DNA of 64,000 bases from an uncultured Candidatus Saccharibacteria bacterium (GTDB lineage Bacteria > Patescibacteriota > Minisyncoccia > Phycocordibacterales > UBA12088). The notes beneath the pieces were generated by a model. The model was not told the DNA's origin, ran no database searches, and saw only the letters and a list, made by a program, of their open reading frames with translations. The translations under genes were made by a program, and so were the position numbers. This document shows positions 25,330 through 34,667 of this stretch, piece after piece (the stretch's first letter is position 1; each line of letters opens with the position of its first letter). The DNA lies in assembly GCA_964411375.1 (NCBI GenBank), contig CAYPKR010000001.1, positions 358,629 to 422,628 on the forward strand, given 5' to 3'.

Positions 25330-25482
25330 TTCCCTAGATTTTGGGTCGTGGAGAAAATGTCTCCCAGACATTTTCTCCTACCAATTCCGCCATCCCGGCA
25401 ATTGGCTTGAGTGTAGCAGATTCACATATTGCCGCAATTTTTTCACATTTTTTGCCTGCAAATGGCGTGGTACAATCACCGA

Positions 25483-26523
25483 ATGAAATCAGAACAGCAG
25501 TACGAAGCGTCCATCTTCTGGGTGCCGATCGAAAAGATTATTCCGAATCCTTTCCAGCCACGCAAAGATTTTGATGAAGCGAGACTTCGAGAACTTGCTG
25601 AATCTATCCGCCAATACGGAGTACTCCAACCGCTTGTTGTCACCAAAAAAGAAACGGAACATCAAGACGGCAATCTCACGGTAAATTACGAACTCATTGC
25701 CGGTGAGCGCCGTCTGCGCGCTTCCAAACTCGCAGGACTTTCGCAACTTCCGGTTTTGATTCGCTCTGCTGATGAATCTGATCAGATGAAGTTGGAGCTC
25801 GCGATCATCGAAAACTTGCAGCGTGAAGATCTAAATCCTGTTGATCGTGCTCGCGCGTTTCGCCAACTTGCGGATCATTTTAAATTTACGCATCAGGAAA
25901 TCGGTACCAAAGTAGGAAAGAGTCGCGAATATGTATCCAACTCGCTTCGCGTTCTTCTCCTTCCCGACAATATTCAAAAAGCAATCACGGACGGAATGCT
26001 CTCTGAAGGTCACACACGTCCCTTGCTCATGCTCGTTGGTCGTGACGCTGAACAAGAAACGCTCTTTGCCGATATTCTTTCGAAGAAACTTACCGTTCGC
26101 GAAGCTGAACAAATTGCGCGCCGCATCGCAGTGGATCGTGCAAGAAAGAAGCCCTTGAATCCTGAAATGATCGAACTTGAACGCGAACTTTCGGAATCGC
26201 TCGGAACACGCGTACACATCGAAGCAAAAGAAGTTGGTGGAAAATTAGTTATCGATTATTTTTCTGCATCCGACCTCCAGAGCATACTCGCACTGATTAA
26301 AGAGAAAAAAGAAATCGCAGAAATTACTGGCGTTCAGCCAAAAGTAGAACTTCCCGCGTCTGTGCTTGATACGCCTTCTGCCGTTCCTGATGGTCCGCTT
26401 TCGGCTGCGATTGCACCTGAGGACGCTCCCGCAGTTGTTGAAGAGACAAAAATTATGCAAAACGATGTTCCACCTAAAGAAGAGGAACAAGACCTGTATT
26501 CGATACGAAATTTTACACTCTAA
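25483..26523 (+). CDS. parB: chromosome partitioning protein ParB/Spo0J
   Basis: ParB box PNPFQPRKDFDE, LAESIRQYGVLQPLVV, GERRLRASKLAGL and the HTH region. TGGTACAAT lies at 25466-25474, suggesting a leaderless or near-leaderless start at 25483. Confidence 0.8.
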   Translation: MKSEQQYEASIFWVPIEKIIPNPFQPRKDFDEARLRELAESIRQYGVLQPLVVTKKETEHQDGNLTVNYELIAGERRLRASKLAGLSQLPVLIRSADESDQMKLELAIIENLQREDLNPVDRARAFRQLADHFKFTHQEIGTKVGKSREYVSNSLRVLLLPDNIQKAITDGMLSEGHTRPLLMLVGRDAEQETLFADILSKKLTVREAEQIARRIAVDRARKKPLNPEMIELERELSESLGTRVHIEAKEVGGKLVIDYFSASDLQSILALIKEKKEIAEITGVQPKVELPASVLDTPSAVPDGPLSAAIAPEDAPAVVEETKIMQNDVPPKEEEQDLYSIRNFTL

Positions 26524-26795
26524 AGATCGTCTGAACTTGCTATTGCAAATTTTGTTTCTGCAGTTAATCCGTCTACGAAACGTCCATCTTCAGTGGCATA
26601 CCCGTGTATCGCGGTACCATTTAAAATTTCGTCATCCAAATCAACGCTAGGATTCTCCGCAGCACATTGTTTATTAGCTAAGGAATGGTCGAATCCTTTA
26701 TACACCTTGCCGCCATATAATACGGCGGCATAATGCAAATCCTTCCTTCGAATCGAGGGATCAATTTCATTATTTTGAGGACTTTCGGCTGACAT
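26520..26795 (-). CDS. hypothetical protein
   Basis: 92 aa, with the start taken at MSAESPQ. No motif recognized. Confidence 0.3.
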   Translation of the reverse strand: MSAESPQNNEIDPSIRRKDLHYAAVLYGGKVYKGFDHSLANKQCAAENPSVDLDDEILNGTAIHGYATEDGRFVDGLTAETKFAIASSDDL

Positions 26796-26808
26796 AGTAT
26801 TGATTATA

Positions 26809-28392
26809 TTACCCCTTGGGAATATCGTGTATTGCTTTTGGTTGTGCATCGACTGCAGTTCGAATATGTTTCCTCGCAGTTGCTGTTTTTACTAGATCAA
26901 GCCATTTGCCAGTTGGTTTTGAAGACTTTTTGGTTATGACTTCAACAATGTCACCGTTTCGAAGTTTGGTGTCGAGCGTGACGAGCTTGCCGTTTACTTT
27001 GACTCCAGAGATGTGGTCACCAATGTCTGAATGAATCGCATATGCAAAATCGATCGGACTTGATGCGATTGGTAAATCAACAACGTCACCCTTCGGGGTG
27101 AATACGAACACGCGGTGGCTGAAAAAATCTCCTTTAAGTTCATTGAAGAAATCATCACTTTCTTGGAGTTCTTCCTGGGTATCGGCAACTTCAGCAATCC
27201 ATTTTGGAATATTTTCGGTCGAATACGATACCGCCTCATTCGGTTTTTCTCTACCCATCCGGCGCGCGCCAGGAAGAAGCGACCATAGCCACATGAATGC
27301 CGAGTAACTCGAACGACCTTCATCGCCAGATTCTTTGTATGCAAAATGCGCAGCAATACCAAATTGTGCTTCTTTATGCATCACTTCGGTTCGAATTTGA
27401 ATTTCAACAATACCGCCGTCTCCAGTAAATACCGTGGTATGGAGTGACTGATACCCATTTGGTTTTGGAAAGGCGATGTAATCTTTGATTTTTCCCGGAA
27501 GTGGTCGCCAGAGGCTGTGTACGATACCGAGTGCGCGATAACAATCAGAAACCGTTTTTACAATGATACGAATCGCAATAATGTCATAGATTTTCTCAAC
27601 TTCGCCTTCCTTACGCTCAACTTTTTTGTGAAAACTGTACACACCTTTGGTGCGGGCTTCAGTTCGGAAATCAGTCATCCCTTGCGCCGCAAGTTCTTTT
27701 TTCAAAACCTTCTGGACTTTTTCAAGATCAACGCCACTTTCTTTGCGTCGCTCATCGAGTTTGCGCTTCGCTTCCTCATATTCTTTCGTATAGACGAAAG
27801 GAAATGCGAGATCTTCGAGTTCGCGCTTCAGCCGACCCATTCCGAGCCGATCAGCAATCGGCGCGTAGATTTCGAGTGTTTCAAGCGCGATGCGTCGCTG
27901 TTTCTCTTTTTTCACATGACCCAATGTTTTCATATTGTGGAGGCGGTCCATGAGTTTGATGATGATGACGCGCACATCTTGAGATGTTGCGACGAAGAGT
28001 TTACGCAAACTCTCTACGTGACGTGTTGCACCGCGGTATTTGAGCGCTCCAAGTTTGGTGACGCCTTCGACAAGAAAGAGCACATCTTTGCCGAATTCTT
28101 TTTCGATGGTGTCTTGCGTAATATTCACATCTTCAATGGAGTCATGAAGAAATCCGGCTGCTATGGTCTGTGCGCCCATCCCAAGTTCGGCGAGTGATTT
28201 TGCGGTTTCAAATAAATGAAGAAAATAGGGTTCTCCGGAAAGCCGGGTGTGGTCTTTGTGCGCTTCTTTTGCAAAATCGTACGCTTTGCGAATGAGGGCT
28301 TCGTCTCCGGGAGAGAGGGAACCCGTTACGGTGAAGATTTCTTTGACATCAGGCATGATTTTCATTATGGTGAATCGCAGTCGAAAGCGCAA
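26809..28392 (-). CDS. bifunctional (p)ppGpp synthetase/hydrolase, RelA/SpoT family (short form, HD + synthetase + TGS)
   Basis: HD motif GFLHDSIED, the synthetase region (RxKxxxS-like YSFHKK..., DIIAIRII) and a TGS domain VFVFTPKGDVVDLPIASSPIDFAYAIHSDIG. Confidence 0.8.
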   Translation of the reverse strand: MRFRLRFTIMKIMPDVKEIFTVTGSLSPGDEALIRKAYDFAKEAHKDHTRLSGEPYFLHLFETAKSLAELGMGAQTIAAGFLHDSIEDVNITQDTIEKEFGKDVLFLVEGVTKLGALKYRGATRHVESLRKLFVATSQDVRVIIIKLMDRLHNMKTLGHVKKEKQRRIALETLEIYAPIADRLGMGRLKRELEDLAFPFVYTKEYEEAKRKLDERRKESGVDLEKVQKVLKKELAAQGMTDFRTEARTKGVYSFHKKVERKEGEVEKIYDIIAIRIIVKTVSDCYRALGIVHSLWRPLPGKIKDYIAFPKPNGYQSLHTTVFTGDGGIVEIQIRTEVMHKEAQFGIAAHFAYKESGDEGRSSYSAFMWLWSLLPGARRMGREKPNEAVSYSTENIPKWIAEVADTQEELQESDDFFNELKGDFFSHRVFVFTPKGDVVDLPIASSPIDFAYAIHSDIGDHISGVKVNGKLVTLDTKLRNGDIVEVITKKSSKPTGKWLDLVKTATARKHIRTAVDAQPKAIHDIPKG

Positions 28393-28420
28393 TGGTGCGC
28401 AAATACGGAGGCTACGAATG

Positions 28421-28690
28421 ACGATCGATCAATCTGTACTTGATACAGAGGGAGGAGATATTGCCGCATTAGAGTGCCGGGTTCGAGACTTGCTCATGCA
28501 GGGTCAGAGAATCCACCCAGGATTAGCGGGAGAGTTTTCTCATCCCAAATTCTCTCAATTGGTAGGCGATGCCCAGCAAGCCCTTGCCGAGGATGGGAAT
28601 TTCATCTTGGCTCGTCAAATTGATTTGCTGTTCCCGGGAGATGGGATAATCGGCGAAGGCCCGATCATCCAAAATGGGAGATGCGACTGA
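28421..28690 (+). CDS. hypothetical small protein
   Basis: 89 aa from MTIDQSVL. The longer track ORF from 28247 overlaps relA on the opposite strand, so the internal start is preferred. Confidence 0.3.
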   Translation, partial: TIDQSVLDTEGGDIAALECRVRDLLMQGQRIHPGLAGEFSHPKFSQLVGDAQQALAEDGNFILARQIDLLFPGDGIIGEGPIIQNGRCD

Positions 28691-28862
28691 AAGCGAGGCA
28701 AAAATGCGGAAGACCGACTGTCCAGTGTGTCTCGATCAGCGTTCGGTATGCCTGTTTCATCAAATGACGGTTCGGACTTTTGTCGCAATCATTCTTTTTG
28801 CTCCTGCCGCCAATATGACGGTATATGCGCTTCGTCGTTTTCGCAGACGAAGGCGCCAGTGA
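28674..28862 (+). CDS. hypothetical small membrane/zinc-ribbon-like protein
   Basis: 62 aa with CPVC...C, then a TM helix and an R-rich tail. A GC hairpin terminator follows at 28866-28893. Confidence 0.3.
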   Translation: MGDATESEAKMRKTDCPVCLDQRSVCLFHQMTVRTFVAIILFAPAANMTVYALRRFRRRRRQ

Positions 28863-28985
28863 GTTTGACCGGTGCGGGCGAATGCCCGCACCGGATCTCT
28901 ATTTGACATCGTTTGTTTATTTTTCTATGGTCGAACAAGAACTACTCAAAAACAGAGGAGATTGGTCGTGGGAGAAGCATATGAC

Positions 28986-29477
28986 GAAATGGTAGATCGA
29001 TATCGATGTACCGCATGCGGTTCGTTTTCCGGAAGATACAAGAAGTGTTTTGGTTGCGAGAATAAATATCGAAGACACTGTATTTCTTGTACGCGATTTG
29101 TTAGGCGCGGTCACAAGAAGTGTGATAGGTGTGAACGTGGAGACTTGATTAATGAGTGGGATCAGGGGATTCAAACACTCAAAACAGAAATTGCCAAGGC
29201 GCTTGGGCATACCCACGTCTCGATTAGAGCAATCTTTGCGGCGCGTGTGGAAAAATCAAGGAAAAGAAAGTTATTGCTCTCAGAGAACGCGTATGCACGG
29301 GGAAGATTTTCTGAGCGAAAACTAATATTGCTCCAATTGTACCAACGGGCAGAACATTTTCAGAATCGACTCAACAGAGAATTAGTACTGCCATACCGTT
29401 TTTACTGGGATGCTGGTTTTTTAAATCAGTATTGGGATATTATTCATGCTCCCGAGTTCGCATTATATGTAAAATAA
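28986..29477 (+). CDS. Cys-rich (multi CxxC) zinc-ribbon protein, hypothetical
   Basis: The start is taken at MVDRYRCTACGSF, which has a GGAGA RBS. It carries 4 CxxC pairs in 60 aa. Confidence 0.4.
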   Translation, partial: EMVDRYRCTACGSFSGRYKKCFGCENKYRRHCISCTRFVRRGHKKCDRCERGDLINEWDQGIQTLKTEIAKALGHTHVSIRAIFAARVEKSRKRKLLLSENAYARGRFSERKLILLQLYQRAEHFQNRLNRELVLPYRFYWDAGFLNQYWDIIHAPEFALYVK

Positions 29478-29502
29478 AAGGAGCCACCTGGCTCCTTTCT
29501 TT

Positions 29503-31869
29503 TTATGACTTCAATGCTTCAATCGCGTCGTCAACCGTAAACTTTTCCAAATCTACTCCGGACGGAAGCGGAATTCGTTTGAATCCTTTTTTGAGGAAGA
29601 GTCCTGATTTTGATTCGTAGACGCGAATCATCTTTTTTGTTTTTGGGTGGAGTCCGACTTCCTTCGCGACCTTTTCTCCTTTTCGTCCTTTCTTTTCTTC
29701 TTTCAAAATTTCGAGTGCGCGTGGAAGCTTGATTTCATAAATATCGTCAGGAGATTTGACCGAACGGAAATCGCCTTCGTGTACGATAAAAGGACCAAAG
29801 CGACCAATTGACGCGGTGATTTCTGAACCGGTGTCAGGATGCGTGCCGAGAACTCGCGGGATCGTCAAAAATTTAAGTGCCTGCTCGAGTGTTACTGTTG
29901 TCGGATCGAATTCTTTTGGAATCGAGGCGCGTTTCGGCTTTATTTCTTCAGTCACTTTTTTTCCACGCCCTTTTTTCTTTTCAGGCGTTTCGCCAACTTG
30001 TACATACGGACCAAAACGTCCATTCATGACGTACACATTTTCTCCAGTTTCGGGATAGGTTCCAATCGGTGCTTCTGGTTTCACTTCACTGCCATCTTCA
30101 AGACGCGCGCCTTTGCAATCAGGGAAGCGCGAACAGCTCATGAATTTGCCGCTTCGAGACAATTTGTAAATCATCGGTGAGCCGCACACCGGACATGGAA
30201 ATTCTTTTGGCGCAGAACCAAGATCCGTAATTTTTGATGCGTCTTTTTCCTTAACCTTCACATCCTTCTGGAATGGACTATAAAACGCCTTGAGCGTTTT
30301 TACATATTCCCGTTCTCCGCGCGCGATCTCGTCGAGCTCGTCCTCCATTTCTGCTGTGAAGGAATCACTAATATAGTTCATAAAATTCTGCTCGAGGAAG
30401 CTCGAAACAACGTCTCCGGTATCCGTTGGTCGGAGCGTGCGTCCTTCTTTCAGAACATAGCCGCGATCTTGAAGCGTTTTCATAATCGACGCATAGGTTG
30501 AAGGTCGTCCGATTCCGCGCTTTTCAAGTTCTTTGACAAGCCCTGCTTCGGTGTAGCGACCAGGCGGTTGTGTTTCTTTTCCTTCCGCGTCGAGAGAAAG
30601 AATGGCAACCGGTTCTCCAACAACTACTTTTGGAAGTTCAACATCTTCGCCCCGCGCACGAGGATCAACAACGAGCCATCCATCGAATGTGACGCGCGAA
30701 CCGTTCGCAGTGAAGTCGGGAATGTCAGCACTCTTCGGTCGTGCCGTGATTTTAGTGCGAAGCGTTTCTGCATCCGCCATCTGCGAAGCGACTGTTCGCT
30801 CCCAAATAAGCTGATAGAGCATTTTTTGTTCTGCATTTGCACCAGCACTTTCTTTTTCAACATGTGCGGGGCGAATCGCTTCGTGCGCTTCCTGCGCGTT
30901 CTTGCTTTTTGTTTTGAATGTACGTCCCTCAACGTACTTTTTGCCAAACTTCTTTTCGACAAGTTTTAGAATGCCTGCAACTGCTCCGGCCGAGAGATTC
31001 ACCGAGTCGGTTCGCATATAAGTGATATGACCGGCTTCATAGAGTTTTTGAGCAATACCCATGGTGCGCGCCGGAGAAAATCCAAGGCGCGTTGATGCCG
31101 CTTGCTGAAGTGTCGATGTAGTGAACGGAGGGCGTGGCGTGCGCTTAACTGCGGTTTCGGTGACATCAGTGATTGTCCACAATTCTTTTCTTCCGACTTC
31201 GAGAATGTGATCAACGATTTTTTTATCGCGCGGCTCCTCGACACAGGTAAAGGTGATCTTTTCATTCGCCTTCGTTTTTGTTTCTGCAGTAATTACCCAA
31301 TATGCTTCGGGAATGAAGGAGCGAATTTCGCGCTCGCGCTCCATAAGAATACGAAGGGCAGGCGATTGTACGCGTCCCGCAGAAAGTCCGTAGCGTACCT
31401 TTTTCCAGATCAAACCTGAAAGGTCATAGCCCACGAGGCGATCCAAGACGCGCCGTGCTTCCTGTGCCTGACGGAGATCCTCATCAATATCACGAGGATT
31501 TTTCATCGCTTCTTGAACTGCTTCTTTGGTGATTTCGTTGAACGTAATTCGCTTCGTCTTTTTCTTTGGAAGTTTAAGCGCTTCGAAAAGGTGCCACGCG
31601 ATCGCTTCGCCTTCGCGGTCGGGGTCGGTTGCAAGAACAATTTCATCCGCTTTGTCGGCAAGCGTTTTCAGTTCATGGATCACATGCTCTTTGCCGCGCG
31701 ATACTTCGTAGCGCGGGACAAATCCTGCATCGATGTCGATCGCGTCTTTGTTTGATTTTGGCAAATCACGAACATGCCCCACGGACGCTTTGACCGTGTA
31801 TTCGTTGTTCAAATATTTTGCGATCGTTTTTGCTTTCGCGGGGGATTCGACAATTAAAAGTTTTGACAT
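29503..31869 (-). CDS. topA: DNA topoisomerase I
   Basis: 788 aa with Toprim LLIVESPAKAKTI, the active-site region GHITYMRTDS and C-terminal Zn-ribbon and Lys-rich repeats. Confidence 0.9.
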   Translation of the reverse strand: MSKLLIVESPAKAKTIAKYLNNEYTVKASVGHVRDLPKSNKDAIDIDAGFVPRYEVSRGKEHVIHELKTLADKADEIVLATDPDREGEAIAWHLFEALKLPKKKTKRITFNEITKEAVQEAMKNPRDIDEDLRQAQEARRVLDRLVGYDLSGLIWKKVRYGLSAGRVQSPALRILMEREREIRSFIPEAYWVITAETKTKANEKITFTCVEEPRDKKIVDHILEVGRKELWTITDVTETAVKRTPRPPFTTSTLQQAASTRLGFSPARTMGIAQKLYEAGHITYMRTDSVNLSAGAVAGILKLVEKKFGKKYVEGRTFKTKSKNAQEAHEAIRPAHVEKESAGANAEQKMLYQLIWERTVASQMADAETLRTKITARPKSADIPDFTANGSRVTFDGWLVVDPRARGEDVELPKVVVGEPVAILSLDAEGKETQPPGRYTEAGLVKELEKRGIGRPSTYASIMKTLQDRGYVLKEGRTLRPTDTGDVVSSFLEQNFMNYISDSFTAEMEDELDEIARGEREYVKTLKAFYSPFQKDVKVKEKDASKITDLGSAPKEFPCPVCGSPMIYKLSRSGKFMSCSRFPDCKGARLEDGSEVKPEAPIGTYPETGENVYVMNGRFGPYVQVGETPEKKKGRGKKVTEEIKPKRASIPKEFDPTTVTLEQALKFLTIPRVLGTHPDTGSEITASIGRFGPFIVHEGDFRSVKSPDDIYEIKLPRALEILKEEKKGRKGEKVAKEVGLHPKTKKMIRVYESKSGLFLKKGFKRIPLPSGVDLEKFTVDDAIEALKS

Positions 31870-32094
31870 ACTGTCCGCTCACTAATACGGGGACTTCGCT
31901 TTTTTGTCAAATGCGCTTATTCAAGAAATACGGATTTCACCCATGCGCTCCGTGATAATTCCCGAAAGTTGCATGGGGGATAACAATACATTTATATGTG
32001 TGATTTTGAAGCCATTCTTTGTTGCGTAGAAGGCGGATGAGCTCATTCTGTGAATGAGGATTTTCGAGAAATTCGGTTACGATTTCGCAATTCC

Positions 32095-32664
32095 TTAATT
32101 TCCGCCTACGCAAACAGTCGTCTGACTGCCCCACCAATTGCCGTTTGCGCCTGTATATTTGCCGACACAATAATGCGGCTGGGAGCCAATTTCATAATAC
32201 GCGCCGCCGCTGTTGTAATAGCCCTTGTCTCCGGTTGCGTGGGAAAAACTGCCCGCATCCGCCAGACGAATCATGAATCCGTACGTTTGGTAGTTGTCGC
32301 CGGAATCTGAATCGTAATAATACCGATATACGTTTGCGCCGGGATTCGGATCGATCGGTACTTTGAGGTAGGGAGCGAGGTCGGTAACCAATCCGCACCA
32401 CGCAGCATTTCCTCCGCATGCTTGCGTCACATCAGTCTGGGCGTTGTTACGCTTCGGGTAATAACCGTACGTGTTCACATAGAGAGCGAGTGCCGTTCGT
32501 ATCTGTTTTACGTCTGATAATCGAGTGGCGTCCTGTGTTTTGGTACGCGCAGATGCAAGGGAAGCGAGAATGACGCCTGCAAGCAGTCCAATAATCGCGA
32601 TGACGACAAGAAGTTCGATGAGGGTAAAAGCGCGTTGTCGGGCGCGCTGTTCGGAGGTGACCAT
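32095..32664 (-). CDS. type IV pilin (class III signal peptide)
   Basis: MVTSEQRARQRA|FTLIELLVVIAIIGLLAG. Ala rather than Gly sits at -1. The globular part is Tyr/Gly/Asn-rich with 4 Cys. Confidence 0.65.
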   Translation of the reverse strand: MVTSEQRARQRAFTLIELLVVIAIIGLLAGVILASLASARTKTQDATRLSDVKQIRTALALYVNTYGYYPKRNNAQTDVTQACGGNAAWCGLVTDLAPYLKVPIDPNPGANVYRYYYDSDSGDNYQTYGFMIRLADAGSFSHATGDKGYYNSGGAYYEIGSQPHYCVGKYTGANGNWWGSQTTVCVGGN

Positions 32665-32776
32665 ATATTTTCAGAATATCAATATATGGCGGGAATACAA
32701 TCTCACCATTTCTGTAGGTGGGGATTAAAAGCACATCGTAGCAAGACATAATTTTTACCCAAGCAATATGTTTTTG

Positions 32777-33646
32777 CTAACACCTATGCAGTGAGCCGCT
32801 TCGCTCAATGATGATTCCTTTGAGTTCCAGCGTTGCGAGAAGTACGTTTGTTTTTGAAATGGGAAAATTGAGCACTCGGATGATTTCATCGCGAGGAAGC
32901 GGATTCTCAAGAAGATCAATAATCCGGCGTTCATCTAGGGAAAGAGAGGAAAGGTCAATGCTTGGCTTTTCGCCTTCTACCGAAAAGCCGAGTGCTTCCA
33001 AAATATCTTCGCTTTTAGTTATTGGTGTCGCACCATTTCGAATGAGCATATGCGGTCCATACGAGTGTGGATTAAAAATCGAACCAGGAACTGCAAAAAC
33101 ATCACGATTATATTCGGTCGCAAGTTTTGAGGTAATGAGCGTTCCTGATTTTTCTCCAGCCTCGATCACGAGTGTCGCATGAGAAATTCCTGCCATAAGG
33201 CGATTGCGGCGCGGGAAGCTCCAAGTCGTCGCTTTGAAATCAGGTTCGAATTCAGAAAGTAATGCGCCCTTTGTATCCAAAATTCTTTTTGCAAGTAAAC
33301 GATTTGATGCGGGGTAGAGAACGGCGTCAGCAATTCCACTTCCGGGAATCGCAAGTGTGTAGAGACTCGCATCAAGTGCCGCTTCGTGCGCGAGCGCGTC
33401 AGTTCCAAGCGCGAGACCAGAAACAATTCCAACCTTGTAGCCGCGAAGTCCCGCAATCAATTTTTGCGTCACTTCTTTTCCGTACGAAGAAATCGCACGC
33501 GAACCAACGACTGCGAGCAACTTCAAATCCGGCGAGGGAAGTGTCCCGCGCAAATATAGTTTCTTTGGCGGATCAGTAATTTCTTTCAGGAGTTGAGGAA
33601 ACTCGTCGAACGAAAGTGTTTCCATATCAATATATTGTAGCGCCAC
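32777..33646 (-). CDS. dprA: DNA processing protein DprA (Smf)
   Basis: LAVVGSRAISSYGKEVTQKLIAGL, GIVSGLALGTDALAHEAAL and a C-terminal wHTH. The dprA-topA neighbourhood is conserved. Confidence 0.8.
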   Translation of the reverse strand: MALQYIDMETLSFDEFPQLLKEITDPPKKLYLRGTLPSPDLKLLAVVGSRAISSYGKEVTQKLIAGLRGYKVGIVSGLALGTDALAHEAALDASLYTLAIPGSGIADAVLYPASNRLLAKRILDTKGALLSEFEPDFKATTWSFPRRNRLMAGISHATLVIEAGEKSGTLITSKLATEYNRDVFAVPGSIFNPHSYGPHMLIRNGATPITKSEDILEALGFSVEGEKPSIDLSSLSLDERRIIDLLENPLPRDEIIRVLNFPISKTNVLLATLELKGIIIERSGSLHRC

Positions 33647-33755
33647 ATGGATTGTATAAAAAAGAAAACCCCGCTCGGCAGTTACGTGCTGCTCAAGCGG
33701 GGGTGACTCATGGAGTCAAATTGGTTGGTCGCAGGTCAACGACCTAGAAAAGGAG

Positions 33756-34310
33756 CTAGTTCGACTGCATTCGTAGATGATTGGCGAGCGCTTTACGTCG
33801 CCGTGCGACTTCGGCCTGACTTAGCCTTGAAGGGACGCTTCTGACGGCGTCCACTGGATCCGGCATCTTGGCTGTGATTGTCGGCTGGGGCTCGTGTCGA
33901 ATATCGAACCGAATGACCCGTTTGCCTGCCGGTGGGATGACCCAATCCGTTGTTGCAGGCCTTGAAAAGGCAACGTGCATGCCCTCCTCGAAATCGAGGT
34001 CGAGGCCGATCACCCGGTCGCCGACATGATCGGGCCACGTCAAACCCTCGAGATGACGGAAATACCTTTGACGATTCTGCCGGGCTTTTGCCGCCAGCTC
34101 GTCGTAGGCCTGCCCCCGAAGGAGGGCGATCTCGGGGTTCATGCCCCGATGGTCCGGCACCTGCTCGATCGGGACATATGGTCCCAAACCACGTGCGCCG
34201 GTGTCGTAGGTTGCTGTACTAAACATCGCCATTTCCCTGTCTGGCGTTTTTAGGACATCAGACCGTCTGAGTCCAGAAAAATATATACCATACTGAAGGG
34301 GTATTGTCAA
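33756..34310 (-). CDS. hypothetical protein in a GC-rich segment
   Basis: 184 aa with GC clearly above neighbours (about 58%). No motif recognized. Confidence 0.35.
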   Translation of the reverse strand: MTIPLQYGIYFSGLRRSDVLKTPDREMAMFSTATYDTGARGLGPYVPIEQVPDHRGMNPEIALLRGQAYDELAAKARQNRQRYFRHLEGLTWPDHVGDRVIGLDLDFEEGMHVAFSRPATTDWVIPPAGKRVIRFDIRHEPQPTITAKMPDPVDAVRSVPSRLSQAEVARRRKALANHLRMQSN

Positions 34311-34435
34311 TTAACAACTTTCGTGTTACAGATGAATTAGTTCATCATCAATCAGCTGCGAGGGATTTGGGACCCACCCCTCGTATGCTGTAGAGCCGCA
34401 TGCTCCTACGGTGTGACCGTCGCGCCGGAAAGCGT

Positions 34436-34480
34436 GTGGTTCCGACCCCTCGACCGCGAATTTTTCTCGCGGTCGAGGGG
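34436..34480. terminator. 14-bp GC-rich hairpin + T-tract
   Basis: CCCCTCGACCGCGA-ATTTTTC-TCGCGGTCGAGGGG followed by ATTGTCTTTT. Confidence 0.5.
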
Positions 34481-34667
34481 ATTGTCTTTTATTGACGACA
34501 CGCCAGGCACTTGCTACCTTTTTGGTATGAGTAGTATCTCGTCGTCCTCGAGCTCACGTATCCGCTAAGCGGGGCTTTGGATTATGAGACCAGAACCCGC
34601 CACAAGCGGGCATTTTTTATCCATTATTATTTCGCTTCGGCGCATATACATATATAATTGCCTCACC

